A stretch of DNA of 35,774 nt from an uncultured Bacteroidales bacterium (lineage in GTDB: Bacteria > Bacteroidota > Bacteroidia > Bacteroidales > WCHB1-69). The DNA is taken from assembly GCA_900321845.1 (NCBI GenBank), contig ONXT01000253.1:1-35774 (forward strand). Reading direction: 5' to 3'. The notes under the pieces are model-generated. The model searched no databases and was not told the origin of the DNA. It saw only the letters and a program-made list of their open reading frames with translations. Positions within the stretch are counted from its first letter, which is position 1; every line of letters begins with the position of its first letter. This document shows positions 1 through 8,558 of the stretch, in pieces. Position numbers and translations under genes: made by a program.

Positions 1-1
1 C

Positions 2-1696
2 CTTCTTCAATTCAATCAGCTCATTCAGGGGAAATTGGGAGACTGTGCAAAATTCATGCAGACACTCGTTCACACCAGTAACCCAAGCACCTTCTGGTTC
101 AACCAGTTCGTAAACATTGGGCGGCAAAATCTTCAACAGGTTTTCCTTTTTCTTATCATACCAGAATTGGATGACTTGAAGCGTAATTTGGATGTGGGAA
201 TTGTTGCCTTCGGTGTGGATTTGCTTACGGAGGAAATGAATCAGCTTGTCATTGCGGTGGGAAAGCTCGTCGATTTTGGTGGAAACATCGCGAAGCTGCC
301 CCTCGGCACCGATTTCATTGAAATAGACCGGGAAAATCCGAGCCAGCTGCTTGGTCTGTTTATATACAGGGAAAATCTTGGAATTCAGCAACTTAGTGAT
401 GTCTTTCTGGAAGAAATCCGTATCAAAGACGAAGATGCCACCGATTTTGAGATTGATAATAAGGGCAGAAAGCAGGCGTTGCATTGTTTCCGGCGCATAT
501 TCAATCAATTCCAACCAAACACGCACGTTTTTGATGTGGCACGGATTCACTTTCAACTCCCAATCGTTCGTGATATAGGTGACCCCAGGCGTAACAAAAC
601 CAAACTCAATGATCTTCTTTTCAAAATAATGGATGAGGAAATTATCCTTCTTGTTGATGATTGATTTTCCCAATTCCAAAATGGATTCCAGAATCAGATT
701 CAAATGGCTTTCGCGGAAATCCACAAACTGCTCAAACAGATCGTCCATGGAAGCGATGCACTCCTGTTCGTCCAACTCACTGACCCGCTTGATGACTTTG
801 TTCAATTCGACAATCAGCTGTGCTTGATTATCAATGGTTCCAGGAAGATGTAACAAGTAAAAAATGTAACAGAACTGTTCCGCTGCCTTATCAAAAACGG
901 CTATTTTGGATTCAAAAGCCTTGATAATGTCGGAAAAGGTAAACGCATTCCCGCAAAGTTCCTGCCAATTTTTGGCAGATTCTGCACGCTCCCGGAAGTC
1001 ACTGAACATCGAATGCCCAAGCGTATTGATTTCAGCGGAGTAGTCACGCGACATCTTGCCTTTATGTTCCTCGTACCAAACCTCAATCTGTGTGGTCGAT
1101 TCCCAAAAAAGAATATGACTGAGCACCAAACGCTTCATAAAAACGAAAGTTTGGTCGGCAGTAGCGGGGTTATTGGCAGCCAAACTCAATTTAAGACGGA
1201 ACTGGCCGATATGGCAATAGTAACTGAACGCATTTTCATCCAGATATTTATCTAAAATTTGAATACACCGCTCGACTCCATCTCCGCAATGAAGCAGCAC
1301 CTCGTTGTTGGATTCGATGAATCGAAGAAAATAGGTTACCAGATCCCTGGCGAGGTTGTGCGGCAATTTCTCAGAGAAAAGCTTGCGATAGATTTCCAGT
1401 GCCACCGCAACCACACGCTTCTGATCCTCCGTGGGGAGTTCCTTATAGAGCCAAAAATCGCTGATTGTCACATTCGGGAGAACCTTGATAACCTCCGCTC
1501 TATTGGAATAAGGGTGATCGTATTCATTGAAAAACTCCACCACGCGCTTGTGGAGCCCCCACTGTTTTTCAGATTGCTGGATGAACCACTGGTGCTCATC
1601 GGGGATGGTGAAAGCGACGTTCGTATTGCGGAGATTGACCTTCAGCGCATCCGATTGAATTTCAGTAACTTGTCCTTTATTAGTATTGTCAGTCAT
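2..1696 (-). CDS. Large uncharacterised protein, N-terminal >=565 aa (start in window, 3' end runs off the left edge)
   Basis: Missing from the ORF track because it has no in-window stop. Reading the minus strand from ATG at 1696-1694 gives MTDNTNKGQVTEIQSDALKVNLRNTNVAFTIPDEHQWFIQQSEKQWGLHKRVVEFFNEYDHPYSN... I found no in-frame stop down to base 2. The + strand ORFs 35..664 and 1259..1726 are its antisense shadows. Its ATG overlaps the gap stop (ATGACTGA). I recognise no family motif. Confidence 0.6.
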   Translation of the reverse strand, partial: MTDNTNKGQVTEIQSDALKVNLRNTNVAFTIPDEHQWFIQQSEKQWGLHKRVVEFFNEYDHPYSNRAEVIKVLPNVTISDFWLYKELPTEDQKRVVAVALEIYRKLFSEKLPHNLARDLVTYFLRFIESNNEVLLHCGDGVERCIQILDKYLDENAFSYYCHIGQFRLKLSLAANNPATADQTFVFMKRLVLSHILFWESTTQIEVWYEEHKGKMSRDYSAEINTLGHSMFSDFRERAESAKNWQELCGNAFTFSDIIKAFESKIAVFDKAAEQFCYIFYLLHLPGTIDNQAQLIVELNKVIKRVSELDEQECIASMDDLFEQFVDFRESHLNLILESILELGKSIINKKDNFLIHYFEKKIIEFGFVTPGVTYITNDWELKVNPCHIKNVRVWLELIEYAPETMQRLLSALIINLKIGGIFVFDTDFFQKDITKLLNSKIFPVYKQTKQLARIFPVYFNEIGAEGQLRDVSTKIDELSHRNDKLIHFLRKQIHTEGNNSHIQITLQVIQFWYDKKKENLLKILPPNVYELVEPEGAWVTGVNECLHEFCTVSQFPLNELIELKK

Positions 1697-2696
1697 AGCT
1701 TTGAACGTATTTTAAAAGGTCGATGATTCTGGATGAGTAACCGCATTCGTTGTCATACCATGCCAAAATCTGGCAGAAGTTGCCGCCAATCACCTTGGTG
1801 GCCAGGTCATCGAAAATGGCGGAATGGGTGTTGTTGGTAATATCGCTGCTTACGATTGGGTCCTTCGTATATTCAAGGAAACCTTTCAAAGGCCCTTCGG
1901 CGTAACGACGAAAAGCCTCGCGGATATCGTGGGCGGTGGTCGGGTGATGCAGTTCGGCTGTCAATTCCACGAACGAGCAGTCGGCGATGGGCACGCGGGT
2001 GGCAAAGCCATCGAAGATATTCCGCATTTCAGGAATGACAAGATGTACGGCGCGCACGGCGCTGGAAGTGGTCGGGATGATGTTGGCGATAGCAGAGCGC
2101 GCCCGACGGTAATCGGCGTGATACCCGTCCTGCAAATTCTGATTATTGGTTGTCGGATGCACCGTATTCATAAAACCGCGGGCGATTCCGAACTCATCGT
2201 TCATCACTTTCAACATGATTGCCACGCAGTTGGTTGTGCAGGAAGCATTTGAGATAATGTCATCGGAAGCATTGATAGTCAGGTGATTGACCCCCATCAC
2301 TATAGTTCTTTCAATGGAGGCATCATCGGGAGGGCAACTCAGAATCACACGCTTCACGCCTCCACGCAAATGGCCTTGCAGGGTTGCGCGCGTCTTGAAA
2401 TGTCCGCACGAATCCAACACGTACGAAACACCGGTGGAATCCCAGGGAATCTCTTCCGGCGAGGAAAAATTCGTCACCAAAATCTGTTTTCCATTGACAA
2501 TCAAATGGTTCTCATCATAGTCAATGTCAGCAATAAAACGCCCGTGAATACTGTCATACTTCAGAAGATGCGCCATCAGCTGCGTATCCATTTTGTCGTT
2601 GATATGGGTCACTACCATATCATCGCGGGAGGAGAGTAAACGGAAAACCATCTTCCCAATCCTTCCGAGTCCGTTAATTCCAATTTTTACAGCCAT
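1689..2696 (-). CDS. gap: Type I glyceraldehyde-3-phosphate dehydrogenase
   Basis: 335 aa. N-terminal Rossmann motif MAVKIGINGLGRIGKMVFR and catalytic SNASCTTNC motif. Length is typical of GAPDH. Confidence 0.97.
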   Translation of the reverse strand: MAVKIGINGLGRIGKMVFRLLSSRDDMVVTHINDKMDTQLMAHLLKYDSIHGRFIADIDYDENHLIVNGKQILVTNFSSPEEIPWDSTGVSYVLDSCGHFKTRATLQGHLRGGVKRVILSCPPDDASIERTIVMGVNHLTINASDDIISNASCTTNCVAIMLKVMNDEFGIARGFMNTVHPTTNNQNLQDGYHADYRRARSAIANIIPTTSSAVRAVHLVIPEMRNIFDGFATRVPIADCSFVELTAELHHPTTAHDIREAFRRYAEGPLKGFLEYTKDPIVSSDITNNTHSAIFDDLATKVIGGNFCQILAWYDNECGYSSRIIDLLKYVQSYD

Positions 2697-2718
2697 TGTT
2701 AATATTTTAATCTACTAA

Positions 2719-3360
2719 TTACCAATACGATACGCCAATTTTCACCCCAACTGAATGATAACATTTATTGATGGAACGATTGGTCGTGATCTGAGAATAA
2801 TCATGTGCCGTCGGATCGTCGGTGTGCCAATATTGCAGGGTTGAATACTGCATTTTATAATCGGCTGCGAAAATGAGTGAAACCTTGTCATTCAACGCCA
2901 ATCGCGCTCCAATCCCTGCATTTGCATACCATCCGGACTTTCCACCGTAAATAACATGCGTCATTTTTTCCGGCTTCGGGCTTGTGTACCACTTAAACGA
3001 GTAGCCACCGTTTGCATAGAAAATAGGGGATATGAACTTGTCTATAAAATTCACCGTGATGTGGGCACAAACGGGGATGAAAACAGACTTTTTCGAAAAG
3101 TTCAAACCAAGGTCAACACCCAGATTCACATACGGATTGAACTGATAGGCAATCACTTGGTCGATGCCGAAATTCATTAACTTATTCTTGATTGTGCGCC
3201 CGTCGAATTTAAAATCTCCCACACCGGCATTGAATGAAACAGACGATTGATAGAGAAAATGCGAGGTGTAATGCTTCGTATTCACCATGCTCTGCGACTG
3301 TGCCGAAACGATGAATAGCAGGGAAAAAATTGTTACAAAAATTGCAATTTTCGTTTTCAT
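2719..3360 (-). CDS. Outer-membrane beta-barrel (porin-family-like) protein
   Basis: 213 aa. Signal peptide MKTKIAIFVTIFSLLFIVSAQSQ, alternating hydrophobic/aromatic beta-strand pattern rich in G/Y/N, and a C-terminal aromatic residue (..VSYW). Confidence 0.65.
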   Translation of the reverse strand: MKTKIAIFVTIFSLLFIVSAQSQSMVNTKHYTSHFLYQSSVSFNAGVGDFKFDGRTIKNKLMNFGIDQVIAYQFNPYVNLGVDLGLNFSKKSVFIPVCAHITVNFIDKFISPIFYANGGYSFKWYTSPKPEKMTHVIYGGKSGWYANAGIGARLALNDKVSLIFAADYKMQYSTLQYWHTDDPTAHDYSQITTNRSINKCYHSVGVKIGVSYW

Positions 3361-3363
3361 AAA

Positions 3364-5019
3364 TTATTGATCTAGAATATCTTGCGCAGCTTGAAGAGCA
3401 GCCTGACCGATTATTTCCCCACTCATCATCTTGGCGATTTCCTCTACACGCTCGCTATGATTCAATTTTTTGACTTTTGTATGGCTTTTATCTTTATCCA
3501 CTTCCTTAAATACTTGATAATGAACGCTTCCAGCCGCAGCAATCTGAGGAAGATGCGTAATTACCAACAACTGGCGCGTGGCTGACATGTCCTTCATCAT
3601 CCTCGCCACCTTGCCCGCAATTTCGCCGGAAATACCGACATCAATCTCGTCAAAAACAACCGTCGGCAACACGGATCGATCCGAAATGGTGGATTTGACG
3701 GCCAACATCAGGCGCGACATTTCACCGCCGGAAGCCACTTTTTCCAGTTCGTCCACCTCCACGCCCTTATTGGCAGAAAAAAGAAAACGAACATCGTCCA
3801 TGCCATTTTTTTGCAGAGAGGAAGATGGGGAAAGTTGCACGGAAAATTGGGCATCAGGCATACCCAAAGCTTTAATTTTCAATAGAATCTGCTTTTCCAA
3901 GATGGACAAAACAGACTTTCTGCGCTTGGAAAGCTCCTCCGCTTTTTGAGTTGCTGACGACAAAAAAGAAGCTCGTTGTTTTTCTGCTTCTGCGATTTTC
4001 TCGTCATCATCCGTAAATGCGGACAGCTCCTCCCCTACCTCATTCATCTTAGCTATCAGTTCGGGAACAGAATTGACATGATGTTTTTGCTCCAAAGAAT
4101 AGATCAAATCCAGACGCTCCTTCATCTCTTCCAAAACTACCGGATTGTATTCGACTTTATCATTCAAGGAGGAAATTTCTGAAACCAAATCCTTCAAATC
4201 TATGTAGTTGGCTTCAATTCTTTCGTTAATAGATTGAATATCACTACGATAAGATGAAATAGAAGTACAAAGGGTTTGGGCTTGGCGAAGAAAATTCAAG
4301 GCGTTCTCCTCATTCTCATCCAAAAGTTGAAGAATTTGAAAGAGATTATGCTTAATAGTTTCTGTATGTGTCAGAAAATCAATCTCTTGCTCCAACTCCT
4401 CCTGCTCATTTTCCTTCAATTGGGCTTGCGAAAGCTCATTGAAAACAAATTCAAGAAAATCTTTTTTTTCCAAACGGCTCTGCTGGATTTCCTTCAATTC
4501 CGAAAGTTGCTTATCATACTTCTTAAATTCCGCCAAATCAGTACGATAGTCCTGAACTTCACGGGAAATCCGCGCAAACTCGTCCACCACATTCATGCGG
4601 AAATCGGCATCTTGAAAAAACAGGTTTTGGTGTTGGGAATGAATGTCAATCAAGCGGGAGGTCAGTGCTTTAAGCAGCGGCAGGTTAACGGGAGTGTCGT
4701 TGATGAAGGCGCGGGACTTTCCACTGTAGGAAATCTCACGGCGGATTATTGTATCCTGCTGATAATCAAGATTGTTTTCTTGGAAGAACGGCTGAAGATT
4801 CAAGTTGTCCACATCAAAGACCGCCTCAACAAAACACTTCTTGGTCTTGTCGAAAAGGACGGAAGTATCTGCACGATTTCCGAGAATCAGGGACAACGCG
4901 CCCATGATGATTGATTTTCCCGCGCCCGTTTCGCCCGTAATCACGCTCATTCCTTGATCAAATTGGATTTCTAACGAGCTGATTAAGACATAGTTATCTA
5001 TTTGGAGCGAACGAAGCAT
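3364..5019 (-). CDS. recN: DNA repair protein RecN
   Basis: 551 aa. N-terminal Walker A GETGAGKSIIMGAL, a long central coiled coil, C-terminal SGGE signature (ASGGEMSRLMLA) and Walker B VVFDEID. Confidence 0.95.
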   Translation of the reverse strand: MLRSLQIDNYVLISSLEIQFDQGMSVITGETGAGKSIIMGALSLILGNRADTSVLFDKTKKCFVEAVFDVDNLNLQPFFQENNLDYQQDTIIRREISYSGKSRAFINDTPVNLPLLKALTSRLIDIHSQHQNLFFQDADFRMNVVDEFARISREVQDYRTDLAEFKKYDKQLSELKEIQQSRLEKKDFLEFVFNELSQAQLKENEQEELEQEIDFLTHTETIKHNLFQILQLLDENEENALNFLRQAQTLCTSISSYRSDIQSINERIEANYIDLKDLVSEISSLNDKVEYNPVVLEEMKERLDLIYSLEQKHHVNSVPELIAKMNEVGEELSAFTDDDEKIAEAEKQRASFLSSATQKAEELSKRRKSVLSILEKQILLKIKALGMPDAQFSVQLSPSSSLQKNGMDDVRFLFSANKGVEVDELEKVASGGEMSRLMLAVKSTISDRSVLPTVVFDEIDVGISGEIAGKVARMMKDMSATRQLLVITHLPQIAAAGSVHYQVFKEVDKDKSHTKVKKLNHSERVEEIAKMMSGEIIGQAALQAAQDILDQ

Positions 5020-5025
5020 GTAAAA

Positions 5026-5925
5026 TCAGTTGGCTTGATTGATGGCGTTATATTTGGCTGAATTGGACGGATCAAGTTGTTTCATCAAACGAACCACCTC
5101 GGTTTTTTCAACCGGAGTAGCCTCTTTGAAGATGTTCACGATCTCATCGGACTTGGCCTGAACGAAAATTTGAACAATGTAAATATTTGATTTCTGGGAA
5201 TTTACCTTCTGCAAATCGCGGATGGCATCCAAAACGGAAGCGCGCCCCACATCCACCGACTCCGACATCACATCCAATCCCAAGCGATGATATTTGTAAA
5301 GGAATTCGTGAATTTTGCTATAGGTGGGATTGGTCAGATTTTCAGTCATCCAATAACGGTTGCGCTGACCGGTCTCGTAAGATTTCCACCCCGGCTCCGT
5401 GGCAGTCTGACACGCGTTTACAATGCCTTGTGCCAACGTATAATAGGGCTCGCCGCCGTTGAGAGAGAATGTGTCGAAATCGAGTGCGAGGAAAATATTG
5501 AGGTAATAAGCGATGAGGGAGGTGAGCTGTGAAAGATTACTGTTTTCAGCATATTCGAGCGGTGCACCCTCTTCGTAGGTGAATTTAATATTCTTATCTT
5601 GTAAATTCAGGACAGGCGACTTGTAGTTGGTGTTAAAAATCGGCCGTTGTAGCTGAATTGTCATCGTTCCGGTATAAGTGTCGCCACTCATTTCCGAAAG
5701 CGTGATTTGAATGGCGCACTCAATTCTTTCATTGGTTTTCAACGTGTACTGGCACCATTTGCGATCATTGATAAATTTGTAAAGTTCCTGCTGTAAAGTA
5801 TTGAATTTATTGCGGTTGGAACCGGCAATCTGCTGTGAGTTGACAGAAAGCTGACACTGGAAATCCTGTGCCGGCAGAGCTGCCATCATCATCAGAAAAA
5901 GCAAGAAGCTGCCAATTTTTTTCAT
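5026..5925 (-). CDS. DUF4835-family secreted protein (the family some annotations label T9SS-associated PorD)
   Basis: 299 aa with a signal peptide. Family-typical blocks are NERIEC, YYLNIFLALDFDTFSLNGGEPYY, GW..Y..GQRNRYW and YHRLGLDVM. It holds the conserved Bacteroidota position between coaBC and recN. The family call is from memory of the sequence pattern, not a search. Confidence 0.65.
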   Translation of the reverse strand: MKKIGSFLLFLMMMAALPAQDFQCQLSVNSQQIAGSNRNKFNTLQQELYKFINDRKWCQYTLKTNERIECAIQITLSEMSGDTYTGTMTIQLQRPIFNTNYKSPVLNLQDKNIKFTYEEGAPLEYAENSNLSQLTSLIAYYLNIFLALDFDTFSLNGGEPYYTLAQGIVNACQTATEPGWKSYETGQRNRYWMTENLTNPTYSKIHEFLYKYHRLGLDVMSESVDVGRASVLDAIRDLQKVNSQKSNIYIVQIFVQAKSDEIVNIFKEATPVEKTEVVRLMKQLDPSNSAKYNAINQAN

Positions 5926-5930
5926 AGTGG

Positions 5931-7136
5931 TTATTTGATTTTCATATAATCGACGATGTAGTTCACAATGTCCTGCGCCACCTCGCGCTTATCCTTGAGT
6001 TCTCCTTTCGTGATCTTCCCAGTACGGTCGATCAGTGTGACGAGATTGGTCGGGCATTGGAACCCTGCGCCTTGATTTTTCAACGAGTTAAGAACGATGA
6101 TATCGGCGTTTTTATTTTTGAGTTTCGAAACGGCGTTATCCATCTCGTGCTCGGTTTCCAAGGCGAAACCCACCACACACTGGCTATCGGTCTTTTGCTT
6201 CCCGATTTCAGCCAGAATATCGGTGGTCTTCTTCAATGCGAGATTGAAATTGGCCTCTGACTTTTTGATTTTTTCGGGAGCCACCTCTTGCGGGGTGTAG
6301 TCAGCAACGGCAGCCGCCATCACGATAAGGTCGGCCTGCGGGGCTGCCTGCAAACAGGCATTCAGCATCTGAGCGGCTGTTTTCACGTCAACACGCTGTA
6401 TAAGAGGATGTTGCGTCTGCAAATGGGTCGGACCGGTCACTAAAGTGACTTGCGCGCCCGCATCAGCCAGCGTCTCCGCCAGTTGAAAACCCATCAAACC
6501 GGAAGAATAATTTCCGATAAATCTCACTGGATCAATCGGTTCGTAAGTCGGACCAGCAGTAACCAAGGCGCGCTTTCCGCTTAAAATCCGTTTGGAAGCA
6601 AAATGAGATTTGATGTTTTCAAAAATCTGTTCCGGCTCAAGCATACGCCCGTCACCGGAGGTTCCACAAGCCAAAAAGCCTGTTCCTGTGCCAAGAATTT
6701 GCACACCCCTCTCCTGCAATTTCTGTAGATTTGCCTGAGTAGCAGGGTGATGCAGCATATTGCTATTCATTGCGGGAGCGAGAAAAACTGGTTTTGCACA
6801 AGCGAGGAGCAAAGTGGAAAGCGCATCGTCGGCAATTCCGCCGGCATATTTGCCGATAATATTGGCGGTTGCAGGTGCCACAACCAACAAATCGGCCCAA
6901 TCGGCAAGTGCAATGTGCTCTACCTCAACATTTTCCGACACGGAAAACATATCGGTATAAACCTTGTTCTGCGAAAGAGTTCGCAGCGACAACTCCGTGA
7001 CAAACTCCAACGCATGACGGGTTGCGACCACCTTGACCTCTGCACCCCAGACTCTCAATAAACGAATGAGAGATAGCGACTTATAAGCTGCTATCCCACC
7101 CGTAACACCCACAACTATGTGCGGAACTTTATGCAT
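5931..7136 (-). CDS. coaBC: Bifunctional phosphopantothenoylcysteine decarboxylase / phosphopantothenate-cysteine ligase
   Basis: 401 aa. N-terminal flavoprotein domain (IVVGVTGGIAAYKS, PAMN) and C-terminal CoaB domain (ALVTAGPTYEPIDPVRFIGNYSSG, AAVADY). Confidence 0.95.
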   Translation of the reverse strand: MHKVPHIVVGVTGGIAAYKSLSLIRLLRVWGAEVKVVATRHALEFVTELSLRTLSQNKVYTDMFSVSENVEVEHIALADWADLLVVAPATANIIGKYAGGIADDALSTLLLACAKPVFLAPAMNSNMLHHPATQANLQKLQERGVQILGTGTGFLACGTSGDGRMLEPEQIFENIKSHFASKRILSGKRALVTAGPTYEPIDPVRFIGNYSSGLMGFQLAETLADAGAQVTLVTGPTHLQTQHPLIQRVDVKTAAQMLNACLQAAPQADLIVMAAAVADYTPQEVAPEKIKKSEANFNLALKKTTDILAEIGKQKTDSQCVVGFALETEHEMDNAVSKLKNKNADIIVLNSLKNQGAGFQCPTNLVTLIDRTGKITKGELKDKREVAQDIVNYIVDYMKIK

Positions 7137-7470
7137 TTTCCTCTTCTTGCGGATTGTTCAGTTTAAAATGGATCTTGCCATCCTCAAACTCTTTGATGGC
7201 CATCGAGGTGGGTTTCGGAAGACGCTCGTACTGCTTGGCGACCTCGATTTGTTCGCGGTTCTCGAAAACTTCTTCCAATGAATCCGTCGCAGGAGCAACT
7301 TCCTGTATCTCCTTTTGCATTTCGTCCTTGATTTCCAAAGAAATCTGATCGGCGCGTTTCGACATGATTACAACAGATTCGTAAATGTTGTCGGTGTCTT
7401 TGTCAAATTCACGGACATTTCTGGTAATAGCCATCGTTTCCGCATTCGTTTTTTTCAAATCAGTCTTCAT
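7129..7470 (-). CDS. rpoZ: Bacteroidota-type DNA-directed RNA polymerase subunit omega
   Basis: I place the start at the internal Met (MKTDLKKTNAET..., ATG at 7470), giving 113 aa. The block DSLEEVFENREQIEVAKQYERLPKPTSMAIKEFEDGKIHF matches the Bacteroidota omega pattern. The longer tracked ORF (to 7557) would add a Lys-rich extension that lies inside the bamD 3' end in another frame. Confidence 0.75.
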   Translation of the reverse strand: MKTDLKKTNAETMAITRNVREFDKDTDNIYESVVIMSKRADQISLEIKDEMQKEIQEVAPATDSLEEVFENREQIEVAKQYERLPKPTSMAIKEFEDGKIHFKLNNPQEEENA

Positions 7471-8455
7471 GGTTTTTATCCTTCTTTTTGTTTTTGGTTT
7501 CTTTTTTGATATCTTTTTGATTTTTTTTGTCAATTTTAGCCTGCGCTTCCACAGCATATTTCTCCGACTCCAATAGCAGCGTAGAGTATGGATAATTGAT
7601 TTTCATACTGTTATAACTGTCAACACAGGCGGTATATCGCTCATACTTCTTTGACTCGACACTTTTCTGCGCATATTCGTAATTGTTACGGACCAAAATC
7701 GCGTACGCGTCATCCGCATATTTTGAGTAGGAGTATTTAGCAAGAAAATTGCGGGCTGCAATCTGAGCCGACTTGTAATTCTCTGTGTTATAATAGAGTT
7801 TCAGAATTTCAAAATCTTTAAGAGCCAATTTCTCACGCATTTCATCCAACAAGGCATTCAGTTCAATCATACGAGAACTATTGGGATAGAGGCGTGTGAA
7901 GGCTTCAATCTCTTCAATCACATAATAGGTTTCCGTTTGGTCGAGGCTGTATTCGGGAGAAAGATGCGACAACGCTTGAATTGCCTTGAAATGAGCATCT
8001 TCCGCACGCGGGTTCGTAGAGTATTTGTTTGCATACTCCTTGAAATGGTAGGCGGCCATCTCAAAATCACTATTCTGGTAATAACAGTCGGCAAAAAGGT
8101 AGAGGACGCTATCGGCCCGAGGCGTTCCCAAAGAAAGAGGGTACAACTCCTCAAACAGACGGGCCGCGGATATGTAAAGTTGTTTGTTGTACAACCCCAC
8201 CGCCTTCTGGTAATTTTCCTCGTATGTCTCAAATGTAACCTTCTTAGCTTTGAGGCCACGCGCTCCTTTCGGCTTTTTCGTCCTCTTTTTGGGCCTTATG
8301 TCAACGTCCAATCCATCCCCTTGAAAAATTTCCGAAGAAACTGATTCGGGATTTGGAATAAACACCACCACCGATTTCGCAGCCTGCAACTCGGAAAAAG
8401 ATAGTAACAAGGTGAAAATCAACAGGATACAAGAAATTCGTTTACAATTATCCAT
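7460..8455 (-). CDS. bamD: Outer membrane protein assembly factor BamD (TPR lipoprotein), with Lys-rich C-terminal tail
   Basis: 331 aa. N-terminal signal sequence, then TPR-like repeats (YQKAVGLYNKQLYISAARLFEELY, ADCYYQNSDFEMAAYHFKEYANKY, etc.). It sits directly upstream of rpoZ as in other Bacteroidota. The tail is KKNQKDIKKETKNKKKDKNHED. Confidence 0.8.
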   Translation of the reverse strand: MDNCKRISCILLIFTLLLSFSELQAAKSVVVFIPNPESVSSEIFQGDGLDVDIRPKKRTKKPKGARGLKAKKVTFETYEENYQKAVGLYNKQLYISAARLFEELYPLSLGTPRADSVLYLFADCYYQNSDFEMAAYHFKEYANKYSTNPRAEDAHFKAIQALSHLSPEYSLDQTETYYVIEEIEAFTRLYPNSSRMIELNALLDEMREKLALKDFEILKLYYNTENYKSAQIAARNFLAKYSYSKYADDAYAILVRNNYEYAQKSVESKKYERYTACVDSYNSMKINYPYSTLLLESEKYAVEAQAKIDKKNQKDIKKETKNKKKDKNHED

Positions 8456-8558
8456 ATTGCAAAATTACACTTTTTTTTGATTAAAAAATTTTTTCTTACT
8501 TATGTATTTTAAAATGAAGGAGTACTTGTCAGGATGACCGGCATTTTTTTGTCACGCC

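Noticed and set aside
35-1726. Long + strand ORFs 35..664 (209 aa), 1013..1255 and 1259..1726 (155 aa) at the left end
   Set aside because: They lie antisense to a continuous minus-strand frame (2..1696) that has a sensible start coupled to gap. Their translations are L/I/F/R-rich with no motifs, which is typical of shadow ORFs.
7471-7557. Lys-rich 29-aa N-terminal extension of the tracked rpoZ ORF (7129..7557)
   Set aside because: It lies inside the 3' end of bamD in another frame, where the same A/T-rich DNA encodes the BamD Lys-rich tail. The omega-like sequence starts at the Met at 7470.
8460-8467. TAATTTTG (minus strand) -7 box only 4 nt upstream of the bamD ATG (8455)
   Set aside because: The spacing would put the transcription start on or past the start codon, giving a leaderless mRNA. 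That is possible, but I cannot tell it apart from a chance match in an A/T-rich spacer, so it is not listed as a feature.
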